Assembly (NCBI GenBank): GCA_023231475.1
Contig: JALJEE010002839.1
Span: forward strand, 1-64,000
DNA length: 64,000 nt
Reading direction: 5' to 3'
From: Seison nebaliae
Lineage: Eukaryota
Shown: in pieces, positions 1 to 10,362 of the stretch
Position numbering within the stretch: position 1 is the stretch's first letter
Layout of the letters: each line of letters starts with the position of its first letter
The notes under the pieces: generated by a model
The model's input: the letters and a program-made list of their open reading frames with translations, nothing else
The model's database searches: none
What the model was told of the DNA's origin: nothing
Made by a program: the position numbers and the translations under genes

Positions 1-308
1 CAAATTTATCCGATACGAGTCGACAGTGCCATATTTATTCAGGAGAGTAATTCTTTCTTATTACTCCATTCCAAAAAGCAGACTCGATTCATTTGTCAAC
101 ACTTTCAATGTTTTCTCTCTCATTCCAATCGATATTAAAGAAGATGCTATCCAGCTTCATCAAAATTTACTTAACAAAAGGATGGATTTATTCCACTCAA
201 ACAAATATAAAATAATAAGAACTAATCTTTCAGCTCAAAGATCCTTCTGGTCGTCCCAAATCCAACAATGACAATCATTTAATTTATCGCTACCAATCAA
301 TGTTATAA
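1..308 (+). CDS. Possible 3' end of an unidentified spliced gene running in from the left edge
   Basis: Open stretches separated by intron-like AT-rich segments; after ctttcag the frame reads LKDPSGRPKSNNDNHLIYRYQSML-stop. No family recognised. Confidence 0.25.
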
Positions 309-617
309 TAATTTATTATAATTTCTTTTTTCTTTTTCGACTTTATCCATTCCTACATGTTTACTTAATTTTATTCACGTTTCGAATCAACTTACATTCA
401 TGTTTTTCAATTAATTTTTTTCTCAGCTCTTGAGATTCTGTTATTTTGTTCGTAAAATAATAAATTGTGAATTATATCCTTAACTTTTCACTCGAAAATT
501 ACAATTCTTCCTTAGTTTGTCAAAACGAGGGAAATAAATTTTAACTAAATTTTTTTTTATATTTTTTATTAATAAATGAAATTCCCACGGGGTAAATTAA
601 ATTATATAGCAAAGTTT

Positions 618-2822
618 TTAAATGTTTATGAAGCGTTGTCTCATTAAAATGATAAAAGAAATGAGGAGAGGTGTAAATGTTTTTAGGAGTTGAATCAGTG
701 TTCGATTCGCTCTTTCACATTGTCCATTACCTTGGGGGTGATAGGCCGTAGTTCTGCTCTTTTTTATACCGAAGTTTTCACATAACTCCTTGAATGCAGT
801 GCTCTCGAAATTCTTACCTTGATCCGAGTGAATCACCTTCGGAACCCCGTACTTATGGATGAAATCTTCCTTAATTATTTTCTCTATTAGTTCTGCCTTT
901 TCATGTGGGATCGCGTAGGCCGATATCCATTTCGAAAATAGGTCCGTCATTACCAATATACTCTTATTTCCGTTTTCCGTCATTGGTAAGTGACCTAATA
1001 CGTCTATCACCACCTTCTGGTTCGGATAGAAGATATCGTCATTTACCTCGTCCGTTCTTGCAGTGTTCTTTATACTTTTTGATAGTGCGCAAGTAACGCA
1101 TTCAGCAGTGATTTTCTTTACGTCCTGCATCATCTTTGGCCAATAATAGTCCTCTTGTAATCTTTTTAACGTTCTATCGATTTCGAAATGGCCTTGTTCG
1201 TGAGCCTTCTTTATTAAGTCCTCACGTTGTTTTGCTGTTGGGATTCGTTTTGTTATGTCTTCTTCTGTTCCCAAATATAATTCTTCGCCCACAACGTATA
1301 AATCTTTTCTTTTATTGAATAGAGTTTTCAGATCAATATTTTGCAGAGGCATCTGTTCCTCCTTAATCTCCTTGTTGAGATATTTTCTCACTACCGTCAC
1401 ATAATCCCCATCGTTTATCGCGTTTATCGCGTATCTCGACAACGCGTCCGTGTTTGCTACCGATCTTCCGGGTCTATGGATTATCTCAAAGGAGAATCCT
1501 TGGAGTTTCAACATCCACCGTGTAAGTCGTGGTGTGGAATCTGCCTTTTCCATTAGCCATTTGAGAGCGCTGTGATCAGTATATATGGTGAACTTCTTTC
1601 CCATTAAATAAGTCTTATACTTTTCCGTTGCGAAGATTACTGCCAGTGCTTCTAATTCCGTGATCGTATATTTCTTTTCTGGATCGCGTAACTTGCGACT
1701 GGCATATTCGATAACTCTTTCGATACCATTCTCGTCATCTTGGCTCAGGATTGCGCCAACTCCGATAATAGATGCGTCTGTAGTGACTTTAAAATTTCTG
1801 TGCAATGATGGATAACCTAGTACTGGGGCCGTACTAAGTCTTTTCTTCAATTCATCGAAGGCCTTTTCCTGTTGTTGAGTCCAGGAAAACGCGTTTTCTT
1901 TTGTTGCGTCGTGCAATGGTGCTGCTATGCGAGCATAGTTCTCGATGAACTTCCTATAGTATCCCGTCAATCCAAGGAAGCTTCGTACCGCTTTTTCATC
2001 TCTTGGAGTTGGGAATAGTTTAACCGCGCTGATCTTGTCTGGATCCGTGGCTATGCCGTTCCTACTAATAATATGTCCGAGAAACTTGATAGTTTCTTTG
2101 AGGAAGTCGCATTTCTCCATATTTAACTTCATCCCTGCGTTCTTTATTATCTCTGTTACTCGCAGGACATCTTGACGATATTTCTGCTTTGACTTGCTAT
2201 ATATGATGACATCATCCATATATACTAAGCAAGTTTGATTTATCTCCTTTCGTAATATTTCATTCATGAATCGTTGAAAGGTCGCTGGTGCATTACAGAG
2301 GCCAAAAGGCATTTTCCTGAACTGGAGCAAACCTATTGGTGATGCGAATGCCGTTTTATAACGGTCCTGCTTCTGAATTGGGATCTGGTGAAAACCGCTT
2401 TTTAAATCCAAGGTAGAGAACACTACGCTACCCTCGAGCATCTTCAGTAATGCTTCGATCAACGGCATAGGGTATGCGTCTTTTATTGTTTGTTCGTTTA
2501 ATTTGCGATAGTCCACACACAAGCGTAAAGATCTATCCTTTTTTCTTACAGGTTGGAGCGGTGATGACCAAGGGCTTGAGCTTTCCTCAATGATTCCTTC
2601 GTCTATCATCTCCGTGAGGGCTGTTTGTATTTGCGATTCCCAATGGATCGGGATCCTTATTTCGCCGACTAGCTGGATATCGGCTGGTCGGGGCTTGACC
2701 AAATGAACTAACTTTTCAGGCGGGTTTTTCCACCTGAAAAATTTATCGAAGAGACTCAAAAACATCTTCATTTTTTCCGGATCGTTGATAAGAAAAAAAA
2801 ATTTCTTATAAAAGAAAACCAC
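618..2822 (-). CDS. pol: Ty3/gypsy Pol fragment (reverse transcriptase, RNase H, integrase zinc finger and DDE core), truncated at both ends
   Basis: SPWSSP, LRLCVDYRKLN, LDLKSGFHQI, MPFGLCNAPATFQR, YMDD; RNase H TDAS...ELEALA...YTDH; integrase H-x3-H...CVTC, VIDV, HSDQG, QCERAN. First in-frame ATG at 2771. Confidence 0.93.
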   Translation of the reverse strand: MVFFYKKFFFLINDPEKMKMFLSLFDKFFRWKNPPEKLVHLVKPRPADIQLVGEIRIPIHWESQIQTALTEMIDEGIIEESSSPWSSPLQPVRKKDRSLRLCVDYRKLNEQTIKDAYPMPLIEALLKMLEGSVVFSTLDLKSGFHQIPIQKQDRYKTAFASPIGLLQFRKMPFGLCNAPATFQRFMNEILRKEINQTCLVYMDDVIIYSKSKQKYRQDVLRVTEIIKNAGMKLNMEKCDFLKETIKFLGHIISRNGIATDPDKISAVKLFPTPRDEKAVRSFLGLTGYYRKFIENYARIAAPLHDATKENAFSWTQQQEKAFDELKKRLSTAPVLGYPSLHRNFKVTTDASIIGVGAILSQDDENGIERVIEYASRKLRDPEKKYTITELEALAVIFATEKYKTYLMGKKFTIYTDHSALKWLMEKADSTPRLTRWMLKLQGFSFEIIHRPGRSVANTDALSRYAINAINDGDYVTVVRKYLNKEIKEEQMPLQNIDLKTLFNKRKDLYVVGEELYLGTEEDITKRIPTAKQREDLIKKAHEQGHFEIDRTLKRLQEDYYWPKMMQDVKKITAECVTCALSKSIKNTARTDEVNDDIFYPNQKVVIDVLGHLPMTENGNKSILVMTDLFSKWISAYAIPHEKAELIEKIIKEDFIHKYGVPKVIHSDQGKNFESTAFKELCENFGIKKSRTTAYHPQGNGQCERANRTLIQLLKTFTPLLISFIILMRQRFINI
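629..678 (-). repeat. Remnant of the 3' LTR (terminal part, with internal deletion)
   Basis: tgaagcgtt + gtctcattaaaatgataaaagaaatgaggagaggtgtaaa matches 2837-2845 and 2883-2922. Confidence 0.8.
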
Positions 2823-2823
2823 T

Positions 2824-2834
2824 CGCTGCTACCA
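2824..2834 (-). promoter_or_regulatory. Primer binding site, probably initiator tRNA-Met type
   Basis: Minus strand reads ...AACGCTTCA TA TGGTAGCAGCG, close to the TGGTAGCAGAG complement of the tRNAi-Met 3' end, 2 nt after the LTR-terminal CA. Confidence 0.75.
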
Positions 2835-2836
2835 TA

Positions 2837-3384
2837 TGAAGCGTTCGAGTCCAATATGATGTTTATTTACTCATAAGCAATCGTCTCATTAAAATTATAG
2901 AAGAAGTGAGGAGAGGTGTAAAATGTAATGTGGTTTCGGAAAGAATAAAATTAGAAATGTGTGTGTATCTTGTTCAGTCCCGACTCACGTATTGATTTGA
3001 TAAATGAATTGTATTGTATTGCATTGCATAATTGTTCTATTTTGACTCTCGTATTTATAGTCATTCCCGAAGGTACACAACTTCCTTGTTGGTGTAAGTT
3101 TACATAACCGGCTGACGTCTACGTTATCTAATCGGGTCATTAAACATTGCTTAGTTTCATACCAGATGGTTCAACTTCCTCCATTTGCGTATGTTTACAT
3201 TATAGGTCGTTAACCGGCTGACTTTTGATCGTTGTTTGATAGGTCTCGCTCTACTGGTATAAGTTACATTCTGTAACTTAACTAGGACTTTGCATAATTT
3301 GTCGGATCATTGCGTATCGTATAAGTTACGTTCTGTAACTTAACTAGAACTTTAAATATATTGCGAGTTTGTAGAATCGTTACA
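2837..3384 (-). repeat. 5' LTR (about 548 bp)
   Basis: Minus strand starts TGTAACG and ends GCTTCA; duplicated blocks in U3 (ataagttacRttctgtaacttaactag twice near 3259 and 3321; taaccggctgac twice); TATA box CTATAAATAC near 3060-3051; AATAAA at 2867-2862. Confidence 0.78.
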
Positions 3385-4140
3385 TATGCTCAATTTTAAA
3401 AATTTCCAAACTGTTAAGACTGTTGATATTTTTTACTGGTGAACAAAACCCGAAAATAATTCTAGGTTTACTCTATTTACAGTTAATTTGCATTTAATAT
3501 AGAATTATTATTGCATATAGTAATTCCCATCAAATATGGTTATTTTAGTCCGCAAACGATTAACTAATTTTCTAAAGAATATTTCATAAAGTTTATGGAA
3601 ATTCATTATAGAAGTCTTCCCGATAGAATTCACAACTTTTCTAAACAACTAAACTTATTGCTAATGGCCCTATTAAATGTATCTGTAAATGTATAAATTA
3701 ATTTAATATCGTTTGACTTAAAAATTTTTTGTTGAAATTTTCCAAAAAAACAAAAATAAATTTGTGATCTCTCAAATAAAATTATTCTGTTGTCATAATA
3801 TGGCACTATCAAGAGCGTAAGAAAAACACTTTTCCATATGCATTCGACCATTTAAATTGATAAATCTATATAATTGGAAGGTTCCAATATTTGGCATTGA
3901 CTGAAAAAGTAGATAGATCATATTTATTGTTTAATATTTCTCTTAAGGATGTAATTCTGTTGTCCATTCCGGAATATTATTAATTTTCAAGTGAAGGAAT
4001 GTTGAAATTTGAATGTGAAGAGAAAAAGTTGAAGATAATAAATTTTCCATTTGGAAGCCTAGTCCGTTATCTTGTCATGTTAATCCGAACATCTATGGTG
4101 TGAATAATTGTCATTTTGTTATACAGTCGGTCAATGTGTA

Positions 4141-5640
4141 ATGCCTGGAACGGTGAAATTTGATACAAAGAAATCACCGGATAGCTGTTGTATTTGGCGT
4201 CCGATTTTGCTCAATCATCTATTTGGAGGAAATGCAGATGAAAAGAATTATACAAATGAATTTCCTCCGATAATTTTCTGTGGATGTTACGATTGTACGA
4301 GTGATACGAATCCACTTGCTGGACATGACGGATGTATTTGGTTGATTGACGGGAATAGTCTAGAATCGATTGGAACAATTTATCTTCCAACCAGCGGTGT
4401 CTATGATATGCGATGTCTACCAAACGCTGTTACTTATGACATGTTGAATTTGAATCGTTTAATGTTTGAAGAGAATACTCTCATTAGTACGTGTACATTA
4501 TCTGTAATCACTTCGGTTGGATCGCTCGACCTTTACACTTTTTATCTGACGAAGAATCTCCTGTCGAAGAATTCGATGAATGATCAAAAAGAAATTGAAC
4601 TAATTCCAAAATATTCAACATTTCATCTCAATAATAATCGTCGCGGCAATTATAATGTATTGATAGAATCGAAATTATGTTTCTCTTTCCCGATTGCCAC
4701 ATGTTGTCTAACGTCGATGAACTGGTGGCCGAATCCAGAGACACTTTTGAAAAAATTGGATTACCATAAGAAACTTTTCGTTTGTGGTGATACATCTGGT
4801 ATGATTTTTATCAGTAAATTGGAAGGAATGACAACATTCACAAATTTGCTTTCTTTCAAATCACACAAATATGCCACCGGAGCTTGTTTATGGCTCGCTG
4901 AGAGAATCATCATGACTGGTGGAGAAGATAATGTGATGAATGTATGGTATTTGAAAATGGAGAATTATGAATCGAATTCATACAAACTAATGAAACAATT
5001 TGCGAATAAAGATGCTGTAGAACGTTCGACATTGGATAGAAATGTTACACAATATCCTGGACATAGTTGTGGAGTGAATTGTATCGAACCGAAATTGAAT
5101 TTGTCTCATCAACTCACTTTCGTCGCCACTGGTAGTTATGATGCTACAATTCGTATTTATGACGCCACGATACAACTGCTCGTCGTTTCGACTAAAATGG
5201 AGAACGGAATATGGAGATTGAAATGGAAAGAAGAAAACTACGAAAATAGTGACGGTAAATTCCAAATTGTCGCCGCATGTCTCCAAAGTGGTTGTATCAT
5301 TTTTGAATTCGATCGTCATCGAAATCAATTATATCAATTATTCGTCTTCAATGATTTCGGGGATAGAACTCTCGTTTATGGAATTGATTGGTTCCATCGT
5401 ACTGGGATTCCATTGACGACGGATTCTAACACCAATGATGTTTTGTTTGAGAATTTCCGTCAATTGAAATTGTCAGGAGAAGGAGAAGAAGAAGAAGAAG
5501 AAATTATTCGAAATGACAAATGTGAAATGAATGAGAAGGACAATGTATTTATTGCTTGTTCATTTTTCGATCGGGTCTTTTTAACATTCTTTTTGGATGA
5601 CAATGAATTGTATAAGAATCGACCAAATACTGATAATTGA
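4141..5640 (+). CDS. DPH7: WD40 protein, diphthine methylesterase DPH7/WDR85-like, single exon
   Basis: Motifs PDSCCIW, GVYDMR, GH.CGV..I, ATGSYDATIRIYD, GIWRLKW, VAACLQSG, LVYGIDW, IACSFFDR. First ATG at 4141. Confidence 0.85.
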   Translation: MPGTVKFDTKKSPDSCCIWRPILLNHLFGGNADEKNYTNEFPPIIFCGCYDCTSDTNPLAGHDGCIWLIDGNSLESIGTIYLPTSGVYDMRCLPNAVTYDMLNLNRLMFEENTLISTCTLSVITSVGSLDLYTFYLTKNLLSKNSMNDQKEIELIPKYSTFHLNNNRRGNYNVLIESKLCFSFPIATCCLTSMNWWPNPETLLKKLDYHKKLFVCGDTSGMIFISKLEGMTTFTNLLSFKSHKYATGACLWLAERIIMTGGEDNVMNVWYLKMENYESNSYKLMKQFANKDAVERSTLDRNVTQYPGHSCGVNCIEPKLNLSHQLTFVATGSYDATIRIYDATIQLLVVSTKMENGIWRLKWKEENYENSDGKFQIVAACLQSGCIIFEFDRHRNQLYQLFVFNDFGDRTLVYGIDWFHRTGIPLTTDSNTNDVLFENFRQLKLSGEGEEEEEEIIRNDKCEMNEKDNVFIACSFFDRVFLTFFLDDNELYKNRPNTDN

Positions 5641-5710
5641 AATGATATTTATTTATTCTAATTTTATTAACTCATCATTCATCAGACACAAACTTCTTTC
5701 ATTTGTTAGA

Positions 5711-5760
5711 GTGTGCGTGTGTGTGTGTGTGTATTTGTGTATTTGTGTGTGTTTTTGTGT
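5711..5760. repeat. Imperfect (GT)n microsatellite
   Basis: gtgtgcgtgtgtgtgtgtgtgtatttgtgt... between DPH7 and PIG-P. Confidence 0.8.
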
Positions 5761-5783
5761 ATGATATTTTGTTGTATATAAAA

Positions 5784-6244
5784 ATGGATGGTGAAAGTGC
5801 TGAACGAGCATTCCTCGGCTTTAAACTTCTTATAACAATCTCCTGTTCATTAAGTTGAAATTTCTCTTATTTCTCTCTTTCTTCAAATCCTCTAGTTATT
5901 TTCATCTTATGGAAATTCGTCAGTGACGAAACGTTAAACTCTTATCAAATCTATTATATACCTGATCGTTATTGGTATTACGTTATCTCCATCCTCATCT
6001 TGTCTCTGCCTTTCCTCATCATTCTCTACTCGTCTTTCATGCAATATTATCTTTTGCCACCATTTAACGATATTCGCAATATTATCGGTTAGCAATTCTT
6101 TCATTCAAAATATCATTCATTTAATTTCCAGATGAACACACAATTTCTCAACATTCCGCTAAAAATAACGTTTATGATATCAGTGTTTTCCAGATAAATT
6201 TGGAGATGGATGGAATTGTCGATTATGTGGAAGAGAATTATTGA
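5784..6244 (+). CDS. PIGP: GPI-GlcNAc transferase subunit P (3 exons; introns 5854-5895 and 6088-6131); not in the ORF track
   Basis: Spliced product MDGESAERAFLGFKLLITISCSLIIFILWKFVSDETLNSYQIYYIPDRYWYYVISILIL...LPPFNDIRNIIDEH...VYDISVFQIN...: two TM helices, ERA..GF, Y.P.RYW and PP.....I.D motifs. Confidence 0.82.
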
Positions 6245-6275
6245 TATTTACCATTAATTTCATTTCAAATTGAAC

Positions 6276-7152
6276 ATGTGGAATCAATCAATTATTGATT
6301 ATCAGCTCCAACAACAACAACAAGAACAATCGAAAGAATTAGTAGTTATTGAGAATGTGAATCATTTGACAAATATGAATTGTTTTATGTTCAATTCGGC
6401 GAGATATGATGCCGAATTAAATCGATTAAGATATAAAAAACGATTGTTAAATAATGTTCATTTGATATGTCGAATGAAAGAGATGAATGAAACAGAATAT
6501 TTCTTTTATATAAAATTCATCGATTATACATCGTCTAAACCGATCACTGTGAAATATTGGAAGAAACGACAACGTCAAACGGATCATATTACCGATCTAC
6601 TAAAATCCATAAATTCAAATCATTTCCATCACATTTATGGAGCATGTCAATCAACTGTTGATTATAATGAAAAATCTTCTCAATCACACAATATTATTCT
6701 TCTCTTCTCAATAATTCCTATTAAGTCATTTAATGAACTTACTCTTCATCCGATCGAAATAATTTATCAATTCAAAATATTATCAAACGACAAATCAAAA
6801 GTTTCTTCAACAAACCAAAATGAAGAATCGATCTATTTATTCTCAAAAAATAATCAATCTCTTCTTTCTGATTCCTCAACTGTCATTCCGTTAACCGATT
6901 CTCAAACGATGGACGATCCCATTATTTCCAACATTCTCACGTCCATTCACTCGAAGAAAAGTATAAAAGTTGATGATTTAAATTCTATCCTCATCGATTA
7001 CGACGAACAATCAATCAAGTTAATAATTAATTATTTCTTCTCCATTTCATTTTCTATCTATTCTTATTCAAAGAAAATCCATCCAACTTTTAATTGACAA
7101 CGAGAAAATTGAATTTGATAAAGAAACTCATTCTTATCGAATGAAAAAATAA
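6276..7152 (+). CDS. RPA2: Divergent RPA32/RPA2-family protein (OB fold plus C-terminal winged helix); intron 7019-7073
   Basis: Starts MWN like RPA2; FIDYTSSKPITVKYW resembles IDDMTAAPMDVRQW; IIPIKSFNELTLHPIEII resembles IMPLEDMNEFTTHILEVI; spliced tail SIKKSIQLLIDNEKIEFDKETHSY fits the winged helix. Could be a paralogue. Confidence 0.72.
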
Positions 7153-7338
7153 AAGTTTTTTTTCCATTTTCTCCATATCATCAATTTCGTTTAGAGAATT
7201 CAAATAGAAATTTACTAAAAACTGAACAGAAAATTTAATTATTAATTTTTTCAACCGAAAATATATTACATTCTTTTCTTACACTCATTTCTCACAGTGA
7301 ATTTCTTTTTTGAGAAGAATCATCCTAAACATTCCCAT

Positions 7339-9590
7339 CTAGATAAGAAATCGTCGATCGATCAATGTTTTGTTGACCAAATTTCTTTTGCCGATATCTC
7401 GTCGAATAACTTTGAAGATCTAAAAAGTCATTATTATTATTATTATTATAAAGAGTCATTTAAATAAAATAAACTTCATTTGATATCAATGTAATAATTG
7501 CTGATAGAACGAAGTTATGATAAAACCAATCGGTAAGAGCGAATGTTATCATATTCCAGATAAATAGATTTCGTTCATTTCCATACCATAAAACTTCATC
7601 AAATGAATGTCCGTTATCTTTGAATAATCAAATCAAAATTAAATTAATGATAAGAAAATATATTTTAATAATTCAATAAAAACGGGCGTGCATAGCACAA
7701 TGGTCTATGCACTTTCCATGCATAATCGTACTCTGCATATCGAAAGTTATATTGAGGTGTGCATCCTAACACCACAACGATGAGACACACATCTCACCCA
7801 ACGTAGAGATCTCCAACCAATCAACCGTAAAAGGAGGAGGATCGATCAATAATATTTAAATTTATCCCGTCGGGAATTTCATTAAAAAAAAACCGTTATA
7901 GAATGTTCCTTGTGATAGTCGTGTCTGCATCTCAATATTGAAGATGTTTTCGAACAAACTCTTATCTATCGGTCCATGATAATCGAAATCTTTCAAACTT
8001 CGATTAACATATTTAGTGAGGAAAGCTGTCAATAGACAATAAGCTTGCGAAGTGACGTTTAATGCTTTATGTTTCTTCTCTGATCGGATACCCGTGTCAC
8101 CAGATCGACGGTTTGTCTTCATAATATTTGCATTCTATCACCGAATAAAAATGAGAAATTTTTGAGTAAGAAAATTAACTTCGCGTACAGTAGATGCGAT
8201 TCGATCATATTGTCGTCTGAATTTTTCTGTTATTCGAATAACAAAAGTTTGTTGAGATGATTTGGGTAGAAGGCCTCGATTTCCACTCAAATCTTTCTAA
8301 AATACAAATCAATTGAATCGAATATAATACTTAAGTAAAAATAAACTTGTTCTTTTTCTAAAAATTCGACCAGTTGCCGAATACTGACATCGGCCTCGCC
8401 GTGAGGAGAACGTCCATGAATATAAAATCCATAACGACGAAATGAGAGAATGAAGACGCTAATGTTTGCCATGGAACAGAGATCGATGAAAGCGCCCATC
8501 TTGTCATGGATGAGTCGTTGAAAGATGAATTTGTGAAGGATGATTTGTAATAAACCGCCAAATATATAAATCAATGAGAAGATTGCATGTCTCAATAATG
8601 AATTGGTCGGTCCTCGTAGAATGTTCGGTAAATAACGATTAGTAGAATATCGATCTTCTAATGCTATTCGTTCGAGTTCAATGACAGATAAGAAGAATAA
8701 AGAGAATATCAGTTGAATTGGTAAATTAGTTTTGCGACAGACTTGAATTTCATTCCATTCATTCGCTACCAGATATGTCCGCCATGCTGACACTTGACGA
8801 TCTTTATAAGTCAATTCATCATTCTGTTCTTTAGCGGTCATTGAACGTAGTTTTGGATTCTCCCAATCGATGAAGAAAATATCGACGAGCACTTGATGAG
8901 TCAACATGTGAATGATATGAATCGTCTTAAAGGCGAAACAGATTATGATGAGAATGTCAAACAGAATCTTTTCTGTGCGTTCGGGTAAGAAGAATGTGAA
9001 TTTGTATTGGTTCTAAAAAATTGAATTTCGAATCTTAATTTTCGAGAATTGAAATAGAAACTTTGAAAATTAAGAGAATATAAATTGAGGTGGCTGTCAA
9101 ACAGACGAAGATGAGGTCAGCGAACAAATTGAAGAAGGAGAGAAGAAATTTGAGGAAGACATAACAATCGACATTGGCGAACATGCTTTGTCGATTGTAG
9201 ACAGCAAATGCTTCGAATCCAGCTATAACCATTATAATGATTGTGAAAACACCGATAATTGTCATGAATGTGACAATCATATTCGAGTCTTTTGTAATAT
9301 ATTCTATCTCAAATGTTATCTATTTTTTGAACGAGAAGAATTATTGAAAACAAAATCTTTTAAAAAAGTAAACATCCAGTTTTTTGTTGCTAACATTCTT
9401 CTTATTTTCAAAAAGGGAATGTGTTAAATTCATCATAATCCCTATTGGTCGATTGGCTTGTCCTCCATCCACTTCGACCACTAGTTTGATGGTTGACGGA
9501 TAGAAAATGGCCTGGTTAGCTCCTTCTACATGATTCATATTATCCAACATAATGAAACTGTTCGTCAGAGAACATTGATCATCATTCACT

Positions 9591-9622
<32 letters not shown>

Positions 9623-10362
9623 ATAATCAAATGAAATTGATATGAGGTTTTTAAACCATCCTGATTTTGTGTTATGCAAATTCTTACCAAATAATCTTCT
9701 CGTTTATTAGTAGGATGTGCGAGATCTAAACAAAAATTTTTTCAAAGAATTTTCAAGGAAATAATATTGAAACATAATTTTCGTATTTTTGTCGACATCC
9801 TCTTCAACACATCCATTGGCAGACTACACTATTTTAAGAGAATCGAAAGTTGATGATGTAGGAAAGAAGAGTTCACTAACTGTTTGTTTAACTGTGGTTA
9901 AGAAGTTGAAGGCTGATGCAGATCCCACAAATTTGCCTTTACAAAGTTGTAAGATTTCCTGAGAAATGACATCTTCAACAATCTGTTCATCCGGTTTACA
10001 GGGATCGTAAGAGATCGTATAAAAATTTAATGTTTCGTTAGTGGACGAAAGGAAATTGGGTCGGAGATAATCTCTAATATTTCCAATGTTCAATAAACGT
10101 CTGTCATTCGATATGGAATTTGGGTCGAGCATTACCTTAAATACATCACTCTCTTGTTTAGCTAGTCTCTATTTAAGTAGGTTGATGAATGAACGTTCGA
10201 AAATAGACGTCTAACACATATCCCGAAATTTTGCTTTTCATAATCAAACGAAAATTTATCATTGTACGATAGTAAAGATGAAGTTTGACAGAAGATCGGT
10301 GAAACACTTATCAGAAGAACAATCCCGAACATCACTTTGACAACAAAAGTCCAAATCTCCAT
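7339..10362 (-). CDS. TMEM67: Meckelin (ciliary transition-zone membrane protein), multi-exon
   Basis: Signal peptide; DIFFIDWE, VSAWRTYLVANEWNEIQ, FIDLCSMANISVFIL, YGFYIHGRSPHG.AD; C-terminus KTLIDRRFLI-stop. Confidence 0.93.
7684..7850 (-). ncRNA. Candidate structured RNA or small repeat, copy 1, inside a ~270-nt TMEM67 intron
   Basis: GC-richer island with several hairpins; shares blocks gggcgtgcat, gcacaat, tggtctatgcac, cgaaa.ttata, cacaacgatg, gatctcc, accgtaa with 30664-30832. Strand is inferred. Confidence 0.4.

Larger units (their letters stand above)
629..3384 (-). mobile_element. Internally deleted Ty3/gypsy LTR retrotransposon (5' LTR, PBS, RT-RNaseH-integrase core, 3' LTR remnant)
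   Basis: pol domains in RT-RH-IN order; LTR with TG...CA ends at 3384-2837; PBS directly after it; about 50 nt of the LTR end recurs at 629-678. No gag or protease seen; no matching TSD found. Confidence 0.88.

Noticed and set aside
2924..3384. Separate solo LTR bounded by TGTAA...TTACA
   Set aside because: No TSD; TATA box, poly(A) signal and PBS positions fit better with one LTR spanning 2837-3384.
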